Notes under the pieces: model-generated
The model's input: only the letters and a program-made list of their open reading frames with translations
Told to the model about the DNA's origin: nothing
Database searches by the model: none
In this document: positions 17,888 through 24,000 of the stretch, piece by piece
Layout of the letters: the number at the start of each line of letters is the position of its first letter
Numbering within the stretch: the stretch's first letter is position 1
Origin: Nitrosomonas sp. sh817
GTDB taxonomy: Bacteria > Pseudomonadota > Gammaproteobacteria > Burkholderiales > Nitrosomonadaceae
DNA: 24,000 nucleotides
Assembly: GCF_030908545.1 (NCBI RefSeq)
Contig: NZ_CP133083.1
Span: 2,031,691-2,055,690, forward strand
Direction: 5' to 3'
Translations under genes and position numbers: made by a program

Positions 17888-19081
17888 ATGGCCAACAAAA
17901 CAGAGCGGGTAGTTACAAGAATCTCCCACAATAGTAGATTTGGTGAAACCAAGATATTAATTGTTGTTGAGAAATATATATCTGGAAAAACATTAAAAAA
18001 TATGCTAGAAGAATGGGCATATGATATCACAGGCATTTGCACCTCTAGCCAAGAAGCTTTAGTCAGGGTAAAGAAAGACAAACCCGACCTTATATTAACT
18101 GATATGGAATTAAATGATTGTGATGGAATTCATTTAGCTCAGCAATTGAATTTACAAACTGATCGTTCGAATCTCTGCATTTATTTCACTGCTTATGCGT
18201 CTGATTTAGTAATTCAGCGCACCATGACTATTGCAACGGCACTTGGACATAACATTAGCAAAGCTAAAGGAAAAGATTACTCTGATTTTGAATCATGTTT
18301 CTGCCAATATCATGGCATTGACAAAACAAAAAACATGATTGCTCAATTTTCTATGCAACAAATTAGGGTGTTGATAGTCGATGATCAACAAATTGTCCTA
18401 TGGGGATTAGAGAAACTTATAAATGCCGAAAAGCCAAAAATGGAAGTTATTGGTGTTGCGACAAGCATTGTTGATGCTAAAAAAATTGCAATAGAAAAAC
18501 AGCCCGATGTTATCGTATTAAATATCTTTCTTAATAATATTGATTGTGTAAGCCATATCCCAGAGTTTGCAAACAATGGAAAAACTCGAGTTGTAGTTTT
18601 CACTGAGACACAAGATAAAGAAATAATTGATCGAGCAATACTTAATGGCGCAAGAGGAGTATTGCACCGAAGAGAATCGATGCAAACGATACTCCGAGCC
18701 ATTGAGAAAATTCATGAAGGTGAACTCTGGTTGGATCGAATTACGACAGGTCGCATTTTATTACAGAATTCACGAATTCGAGGAAAAATCCCGTCCGACT
18801 CTAGTAGTGAAAAAATAACCATGTTAACTCGCAAAGAATGCATGATTCTCAGGGCATTCTCTGATGGTACTGGCGGGGAGCAGAATAAGCAGATTGCTGC
18901 TAAACTATGCATGAGTGAGCATACATTACGTAATCATTTAACTTCGATTTTCAGTAAACTTGGAATTAAAAACCGCTTTAGTCTTTTTGCTTATGCAAAA
19001 CAGCATTATCACCAATTAGAATCCACTGTAGGCGATTCTTACAAAGGAAGTGGCGGCATCAAGGTTGAAGCACATAAGTAA
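17888..19081 (+). CDS. Orphan response regulator, REC - degenerate REC - LuxR/FixJ-type HTH
   Basis: 397 aa, strongly AT-rich. REC1 (~aa 22-120): ILIVVEK..., DLILTDMELNDCDG, IYFTAYAS. REC2 (~aa 168-285): IRVLIVDDQQIV, but DVIVLNIFLNN has Asn where the phospho-Asp is expected, and GARGVLHRRES has Arg where the conserved Lys is expected. C-terminal LTRKECMILRAFSDG...NKQIAAKLCMSEHTLRNHLTSIFSKLGIKNR is a LuxR-type HTH. Confidence 0.8.
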   Translation: MANKTERVVTRISHNSRFGETKILIVVEKYISGKTLKNMLEEWAYDITGICTSSQEALVRVKKDKPDLILTDMELNDCDGIHLAQQLNLQTDRSNLCIYFTAYASDLVIQRTMTIATALGHNISKAKGKDYSDFESCFCQYHGIDKTKNMIAQFSMQQIRVLIVDDQQIVLWGLEKLINAEKPKMEVIGVATSIVDAKKIAIEKQPDVIVLNIFLNNIDCVSHIPEFANNGKTRVVVFTETQDKEIIDRAILNGARGVLHRRESMQTILRAIEKIHEGELWLDRITTGRILLQNSRIRGKIPSDSSSEKITMLTRKECMILRAFSDGTGGEQNKQIAAKLCMSEHTLRNHLTSIFSKLGIKNRFSLFAYAKQHYHQLESTVGDSYKGSGGIKVEAHK

Positions 19082-19324
19082 AACAAGCCATTTACTGCTG
19101 AAGTGGTTCCTTGAAACCGTACAGCCCGAATGCCTTGGTGTAGTCTCCTCGTTTTTTCGATCCAATCTAAAGTAGAGGTTGATGGTATTTTGCCATAGCG
19201 AACTGCGCTGGTGGAATTACATCGAGTTCACTTTTTTATGCTTTTTCTGCGCATCCCGGTACCACGGGCAAATACTCTCCACCAGTTCTCCAAAAAACCT
19301 TTCACCCAACAAAGGGATCGGACT

Positions 19325-20658
19325 CTGAGGTCTCCCCACAAAACCTCATTGAGTTTCAATAAACTAGGGCGTATTATTCATCCAAAACAGCACATGCAAG
19401 GCAGGTTTAGTGTCTCTTTCGTAGCGACCAAACTGCGAAGGAGAACCTGCCATGCATGCGATCACAATCTTACACCGCATTCTTTCCACAAACTTCCCTG
19501 AAATTCATGCCAAACGTTTGGCTAGTCTGCTGGCCGCTGTCGAGGCTGTGGTAACGGGCAGCCGTCTGACGCTGAGCGATATGGGGCGCGGCCTGTCGGG
19601 CGCAGTTGCGGTCAGGCACAACATCAAACGCATCGACCGCCTGCTCGGCAACGGCTCGCTGCTCGCTGAAATCCCGGGCCTGTATGAAGCGCTCGCCCGG
19701 CAGTGTTTGGCGGGTATCTCCATGCCGCTGATCGTCATTGACTGGTCTGATTTGACGCCTGACCGGCAATGGCAATTGTTGCGAGCATCGGTCGCCATCG
19801 AAGGCCGTAGCGTAACTCTGTATGAGCAAGTGCACCCGCAGTCGCGCGCGACATCGCCGCGCGTGCATCAGGCATTCCTCTCCAAACTTGCCGCCATGCT
19901 CCCGCCCGGTTGTGTGCCGATCCTGGTTACCGACGCCGGCTTCCGTGGCGCGTGGTTCAGGCTGGTCAACCGCATGGGCTGGTATTGGGTCGGACGCATC
20001 CGCAACCGCGACATGGTCAGCCCGGCGAATGATGATGCCTGGGTTGGTTGCAAAACACTCTATCCGCTCGCCACCGCCAAGGCGAAGTCGCTCGGCCAAT
20101 ACGACTATGTGCGCAAGCATCCGGTGCTGTGCCGTCTGGTGTTGGTCAAACGCGCCAGCCAAAAACGCCACAAGAGGAGCCGTCTTGGTAAGCGTGTAAG
20201 ATCGAGCCGCAGCCTGAAGAATGCACGCGCTCAACGTGAGCCGTGGTTGCTGGCATCAAGCCCAAACCTCGGGCATCTGAGCGCTGAAGCAGTAGTTGCC
20301 GTGTATGCCCAGCGCATGCAGATCGAGGAGTCTTTCCGCGACCTGAAGAGTGAACGTTTCGGCTTGGGGTTCTCCGAAAACCGCACCACACTGAAAAACC
20401 GCTTGGGCGTGCTGTTGCTGGTCGCCTGTCTCGCCTCGTTTGTGTTGCGCCTGATTGGCGAAGTGGGAAAGGCGATGCAACTTGAATTCCAGTTCCAGAG
20501 CAACACGCGCCGCTCTCGGCCCGTGCTGTCGGTGATTAGTTTGGCGCTACAGCTTGTGCAGCATGGGATGGCGGCATTCCCGCCGCGCGAATTTCGTGAA
20601 GCTCTTGAGCGACTACGTTATGATCATCCTGCGCTGCAACTTTGAGGGGAGACCTCAG
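19325..20658 (+). mobile_element. IS4-family (IS10-like) insertion sequence, 1,334 bp, intact, with 9-bp target site duplication
   Basis: Terminal repeats: CTGAGGTCTCCCCACAAAA (19325-) against the reverse complement of the right end, CTGAGGTCTCCCCTCAAAG (-20658). The first 13 nt are perfect. GATCGGACT lies directly outside both ends (19316-19324 and 20659-20667). The termini resemble the IS10 end CTGATGAATCCCC. Confidence 0.9.
19452..20645 (+). CDS. IS4-family DDE transposase
   Basis: 397 aa. VIDWSDL (D), ILVTDAGF (D) and YAQRMQIEESFRDLK, an exact Y-2-R-3-E-6-K signature. Confidence 0.92.
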   Translation: MHAITILHRILSTNFPEIHAKRLASLLAAVEAVVTGSRLTLSDMGRGLSGAVAVRHNIKRIDRLLGNGSLLAEIPGLYEALARQCLAGISMPLIVIDWSDLTPDRQWQLLRASVAIEGRSVTLYEQVHPQSRATSPRVHQAFLSKLAAMLPPGCVPILVTDAGFRGAWFRLVNRMGWYWVGRIRNRDMVSPANDDAWVGCKTLYPLATAKAKSLGQYDYVRKHPVLCRLVLVKRASQKRHKRSRLGKRVRSSRSLKNARAQREPWLLASSPNLGHLSAEAVVAVYAQRMQIEESFRDLKSERFGLGFSENRTTLKNRLGVLLLVACLASFVLRLIGEVGKAMQLEFQFQSNTRRSRPVLSVISLALQLVQHGMAAFPPREFREALERLRYDHPALQL

Positions 20659-20698
20659 GATCGGACTCGATTGATCTTTCCCCGTTTAGCCTTTTTAG

Positions 20699-21893
20699 GG
20701 AAACGCTGATTAATTCGCCACACCCCAAGGGCAAAGCGAGCAGTTCTGGGATATTGGGTTAAAATTTGCCATATTCTGGGTTGAATTGCGTTATTTCTTG
20801 CCTTATTCCGCTCATTTCTTGTCTTTAAGACGCAATCTGGCTGTCAGAGCTACATAACCACCGGCGAGCCAGCAGCAAGTTGGCAAGCCCAAACAGTGAA
20901 AACATCTGAGCATTATTTTTGGCCATTCCTTTGTAGCGAGTTTTGCGATGCATGAACAGATTCTTTACGACATGAAAGGGATGCTCAACTTTGGCACGAA
21001 TGCTGGCTTTTGCATGTTCAAGCTTCTCCATCAGTTCGCCTGCTGTTGTTTTGGGCAATGCCTTGCGCTTGGAAGGGCGCATCGCGATATGCCAGGTTAC
21101 GGGCAATTCAAGATTCTCTTCTCGTTTCTCAACGCCCAGATAGCCCGCATCACCAAATACATCGGTTTCATCACCATGCAGCAGCGCCTGTGCCTGAGTA
21201 ACATCGTGGACATTGGCTGCCGTTCCGATCAGGGTATGAACAAGCCCTGATTGCGCATCGACACCGATGTGTACCTTCATGCCGAAGTGCCACTGCTTGC
21301 CTTTCCTGGTTTGATGCATTTCGCTATCGCGTTTTCCTTCTCTATTCTTGGTCGAAGGAGGCGCTGAGATCAGCGTAGCATCAACAATCGTACCTTCGCG
21401 AAGAAATAGTCCGCGTTCAGCCAAATGTGCATTGATTGCATCAAAAATGGATTCCGTCAGATGATGCGCTTCCAGCAAATGGCGAAATCTCAGCAGAGTC
21501 GTCGCATCCGGTACTGCTTCCCGATTCAGATCAATACCAACAAAGCAGCGGATTGCTTGACTGTCGTATACAGCATCTTCCGCGCCTTCATCCGAAAAAC
21601 CAAAGCACTGTTGCACAATATACATCCTCAGCATCCGTTCCAAACCAATCGGTGGATGACCTCGCCTACCGCTAACCGGATAATACGGAGCTATAACATT
21701 CAGCAGGGATGTCCACGGTGTTGCAGCTTCAATCTCAACCAGAAAACGATCACGCCGGGTTTGTTTCTTCTTTGCCGCATATTCCAGCTCAGAAAAGCTT
21801 GATTGCATCGCTCTATTCCATGTTTATCAATAGCAAGGTATTTTATCTAACCTTTGCAGGTCTATCTATTTGATCGAATAGATCAGTGTTTCC
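20699..21893 (-). mobile_element. IS5-family (IS5 group) insertion sequence, 1,195 bp, intact, with 4-bp TTAG target duplication
   Basis: Termini: GGAAACGCTGATTAATTCG (20699-20717) against the reverse complement of 21875-21893, GGAAACACTGATCTATTCG (16 of 19). TTAG lies at 20695-20698 and 21894-21897 (a YTAR target). The length equals that of E. coli IS5. Confidence 0.9.
20825..21808 (-). CDS. IS5-family DDE transposase
   Basis: 327 aa, colinear with E. coli IS5 InsH as I recall it: FSELEYAAKKKQTRRDRFL, LRFRHLLE, VDATLISAPPSTKN, EMHQTRKGKQWHFGMKVHIGVDA, GDAGYLG, IRAKVEHPFHVVKN, RYKGMAKN. Confidence 0.93.
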   Translation of the reverse strand: MQSSFSELEYAAKKKQTRRDRFLVEIEAATPWTSLLNVIAPYYPVSGRRGHPPIGLERMLRMYIVQQCFGFSDEGAEDAVYDSQAIRCFVGIDLNREAVPDATTLLRFRHLLEAHHLTESIFDAINAHLAERGLFLREGTIVDATLISAPPSTKNREGKRDSEMHQTRKGKQWHFGMKVHIGVDAQSGLVHTLIGTAANVHDVTQAQALLHGDETDVFGDAGYLGVEKREENLELPVTWHIAMRPSKRKALPKTTAGELMEKLEHAKASIRAKVEHPFHVVKNLFMHRKTRYKGMAKNNAQMFSLFGLANLLLARRWLCSSDSQIAS

Positions 21894-21897
21894 TTAG

Positions 21898-22238
21898 ATC
21901 GTTTGTCGCCTCTGCGTGGCTTTGGTTGAGACTATCTTTGTGCCAAATCTGTAACTTGTTGAAGAAACCACTCATTTCCTAACGCCCAAGCTTTATTAGT
22001 TGCAGCTCTGATCTCATCCACCGTTCGTTCTGGAATTTGATGCTCAAATAAAGCACGATAAGCCGATTGACGGCTAGAAGCATCTTGCCCGAGAGCCGTG
22101 TAAATTGTGTGCGCCTTGATCAGGGAATTACTCACACCCAACGCATTAAAGTGATAACTGGGCCAAGGAAATCCGCCGGATGCTTAACCATATCAGCACG
22201 AACTGGATTCATTTCAATATACCGGCTACAGCTTACTA
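21898..22238 (-). pseudogene. C-terminal remnant of a Y1 (IS200-like/RAYT-like, COG1943-type) transposase: 5'-truncated, frameshifted, premature stop
   Basis: The minus strand reads LVSCSRYIEMNPVRADMVKHPAD. After a frameshift near 22170 it continues FPWPSYHFNALGVSNSLIKAHTIYTALGQDASSRQSAYRALFEHQIPERTVDEIRAATNKAWALGNEWFLQQVTDLAQR, then TAG at 21934-21932. This matches the C-terminal ~105 aa of the family (...QRYIELNPVRAGMV.HP..Y.WSSY.ANA.G......H..Y.ALG....RQ.AY..LF.....L..IR.ATN...ALG...F..QIE...). The HUH/Tyr half is absent. The frame stays open after the TAG (SQPKPRRGDKRSKKAKRGKINRV...) across both the IS5 and IS4 insertion points once the IS and one duplication copy are removed. Confidence 0.7.
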
Positions 22239-22272
22239 AACAACCACCGGCTAAAGCCGGTGGTTGTTTAGT
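22235..22272. repeat. Perfect palindrome (17-bp stem, 4-nt loop) related to the IS200-like right-end hairpin
   Basis: ACTAAACAACCACCGGC-TAAA-GCCGGTGGTTGTTTAGT. The core CCACCGGC....GCCGGTGG is the same as the right-end hairpin of both IS200-like copies. The 18-mer GCCGGTGGTTGTTTAGTT (22256-22273) is identical to the copy-1 right end plus flank (13038-13055). Confidence 0.8.
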
Positions 22273-22487
22273 TCATTTAGACTCGATATGAGTGGCAGTA
22301 CCTTTCTGAATCTTATTTCATAATCTTCTTTTCCCTTCAATATCTTACTTAATTTTTCCAGGGCATCAGAACTTAGATCGTATAGATAAACCGTTTTATC
22401 TCTGATTGAAATTTTTTCTTTAGGCTTAACGAAAGCCAAAAGTGAAAATGAAGTAATCTTTTCGACTTTCTTTTCTTCATCTGACAT
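22251..22487 (-). CDS. Small AT-rich ORF (78 aa from MSDEEKK), possibly a 3'-truncated fragment; unknown function
   Basis: MSDEEKKVEKITSFSLLAFVKPKEKISIRDKTVYLYDLSSDALEKLSKILKGKEDYEIRFRKVLPLISS. The last ~8 codons and the stop codon lie inside the palindrome at 22235-22272, so the end is probably not native. No recognisable family. Confidence 0.3.
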   Translation of the reverse strand: MSDEEKKVEKITSFSLLAFVKPKEKISIRDKTVYLYDLSSDALEKLSKILKGKEDYEIRFRKVLPLISSLNELNNHRL

Positions 22488-22572
22488 GATTATGCAAAGC
22501 CTTATGACTTGATTATGCAACTAGCGAGGCACACAAGGGGTCACATCACATCACTTATTCACAATCAACTAA

Positions 22573-23481
22573 TCAACTACGCACCACTCTGTAATTAGCC
22601 ACCAATCGACACTCCCCGCCTGGTGCAACTTCCCGAACATCGTCCGCCGCGTTAGTGGTTTCCACGCACAATAAGCGCTGATAGTCGTGATCTTCCAAAT
22701 CGGCCATATCCTTGGCGATTTTCTCCCACGGATTCCACACCACGGCGGTTTTGCTGCCTTGTGAGGTGATTTGGATGCGGCGATTCAAGGCCGCGTCGTC
22801 AATGGTTAAGTTATTGCCGACGTTCAGATAGATGCGGTCGACTTCGGCGTCGATGGTTACATCACCGGTTTGATGTCTTTGCGTGTTGCCGCCGCCGGCT
22901 TTGTCGAGATAGTCGCAGCCGTTCAGACCGAGTACTTTGGCTTGCGCGATGTCGCCGACTTTGAAGTAGGTATGGAACGCTTGCGTGATGGTGAATGCTT
23001 CTTTGCCGGTGTTGCGCGTGATCAATGACAGACTCAAGCTGTCGCCAACGACGATTTCCTGCCGCAGGCTGAACGCATGCGGCCAAATGGCTTGCGTTTC
23101 CGGCGTATCGTCGAGTCCGACGGTGACTTTGATGTCGCCGTTCGCCAGCGCTTCGGTGACGACCACATTCCAGCCACGATTGCGCACGAAGCCGTGCCCG
23201 GGACGGCCTTTGCCTTCGGGATCGGCGCCGAACCACGGCCAGCAAATTGGCGCGCCGCCCTTGATCGCTTTGCCGTCTTGGTAATACGCTTTCGCGCTCA
23301 AAAATAGTACATCTTCCGCTTCACTGGCGGGCTGATACGACAATACCTGACCGGCATGGATCGAGATCAGCGCTTTGGCTTTGGCGGTTTTCACCTGGAT
23401 CATCGGCAAGCCGCCGTTACCGGCGATAAATTCCAGTTGCCCCGTAATGCCGAAATTGGCATTCAATTGTTCGATAGTCAT
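22573..23481 (-). CDS. Aldose 1-epimerase family protein, D-hexose-6-phosphate mutarotase-like (YeaD-type)
   Basis: 302 aa. AKAYYQDGKAIKGGAPICWPWFG, GHGFVRN, TQAFHTYFKVGD and AVVWNPW are typical of the YeaD/glucose-6-phosphate 1-epimerase group. Confidence 0.85.
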   Translation of the reverse strand: MTIEQLNANFGITGQLEFIAGNGGLPMIQVKTAKAKALISIHAGQVLSYQPASEAEDVLFLSAKAYYQDGKAIKGGAPICWPWFGADPEGKGRPGHGFVRNRGWNVVVTEALANGDIKVTVGLDDTPETQAIWPHAFSLRQEIVVGDSLSLSLITRNTGKEAFTITQAFHTYFKVGDIAQAKVLGLNGCDYLDKAGGGNTQRHQTGDVTIDAEVDRIYLNVGNNLTIDDAALNRRIQITSQGSKTAVVWNPWEKIAKDMADLEDHDYQRLLCVETTNAADDVREVAPGGECRLVANYRVVRS

Positions 23482-23528
23482 AATATTTTTCCTTGATTGT
23501 TAATTAATTTGAAATTTAACAGGCTGTT

Positions 23529-24000
23529 TTAATCTTTGATCGGTATCACCCGGCTGGCCGCAAGTTTAGCACGGCTTCGCGCTTCATCCGTATCCGAGCC
23601 ATTGGCCAAAGCAACTCCCATACGACGACGCGTAAACGATTCGGGTTTGCCGAATAGACGTACATCGCTTTGCGGCACGCTGAGCGCTTCGGCGATGCCG
23701 GAGAATGCAATGCCTTTGGCTTCGAGTTGCCCGTAAATCACCGCGCTGGCACCCGGTGCCAGCAATGACGTATCCACCGGCAACCCGAGAATCGCGCGCG
23801 CGTGCAAGTCGAATTCGCTTTGCTTCTGGCTGCACATCGTCACCATGCCGGTGTCGTGCGGGCGCGGACTGACTTCGCTGAACCACACATCGTTGCCCTT
23901 GACGAACAATTCCACGCCAAAAATACCCAGCCCACCCAAGTCATCGGTGATAATTTTGGCGATTTCGCGCGCGCGTTGCAGCGCCGTCGCCGACATGGCT
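23529..24000 (-). CDS. purT: Formate-dependent phosphoribosylglycinamide formyltransferase (GAR transformylase 2), C-terminal part; 5' end beyond the right edge
   Basis: [27 protein letters not shown]...[10 protein letters not shown]...[20 protein letters not shown] is colinear with the E. coli PurT C-terminus as I recall it. The Met at 23996 in the track is internal. Confidence 0.88.
   Translation of the reverse strand, partial: AMSATALQRAREIAKIITDDLGGLGIFGVELFVKGNDVWFSEVSPRPHDTGMVTMCSQKQSEFDLHARAILGLPVDTSLLAPGASAVIYGQLEAKGIAFSGIAEALSVPQSDVRLFGKPESFTRRRMGVALANGSDTDEARSRAKLAASRVIPIKD

Noticed and set aside
19470-20234. 254-aa minus-strand ORF (and others) antisense to the IS4-family transposase
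   Set aside because: Same reasoning: this is a GC-rich antisense frame of a gene with a perfect DDE/YREK signature, and it has no motifs of its own.
22488-22572. Search for an attR (direct repeat of the tRNA-Ser 3' end) at the presumed right border of the island, and at the other IS-free intergenic stretches
   Set aside because: I could not find by eye a match of 12 nt or more to GGTTCGAATCCCTCTCTCTCCGCCA. The right border is therefore not called as a feature. A computational repeat search is needed.

Overview
The window looks like a betaproteobacterial chromosome segment. The proteins seem Nitrosomonas-like to me, but I cannot verify that without a search.

Layout:
- 1-10.24 kb, core genes: dnaX (5' part, minus strand, absent from the ORF track because it runs off the edge), SRP RNA, a GAF/HD-GYP phosphodiesterase, a leaderless PhoD-like metallophosphatase, a TM0106-type RecB-like nuclease/exonuclease, a small ORF in an AT-rich patch, dapE, a DsbA-like protein, lysC and tRNA-Ser(GCU).
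- 10.24 to about 22.5 kb, a heavily decayed integrative island starting at the tRNA 3' end. It opens with a P4-type integrase and the N-terminal third of an MmeI-family type IIL restriction-modification gene, which is cut off by an IS200-like element.
- Mobile elements in the island: two IS200-like copies (587 bp, 2 differences), an IS30-family element, an IS3-family orfB remnant, an IS10-like IS4-family element with a 9-bp target duplication, a 1,195-bp IS5-family element with a 4-bp duplication, and a truncated Y1 (IS200-like/RAYT-like) transposase pseudogene.
- Apparent cargo: an aldehyde dehydrogenase, a His/Met-rich secreted protein and an AT-rich orphan dual-receiver LuxR-type regulator.
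- 22.57-24 kb, core again: a hexose-6-phosphate mutarotase-like gene and the 3' part of purT.

I saw no CRISPR array and no rRNA.

Most worth a second look:
- a 143-bp MITE (2477-2619) whose termini match the IS5 element 18 kb away;
- a perfect 17-bp-stem palindrome (22235-22272) related to the IS200-like right-end hairpin, sitting at the junction of two truncated genes;
- the PhoD-like / RecB-like gene pair of unknown role;
- the degenerate dual-receiver regulator.

I did not find a convincing complete novel multi-gene system. The defence-type content (MmeI-like) is a wreck.
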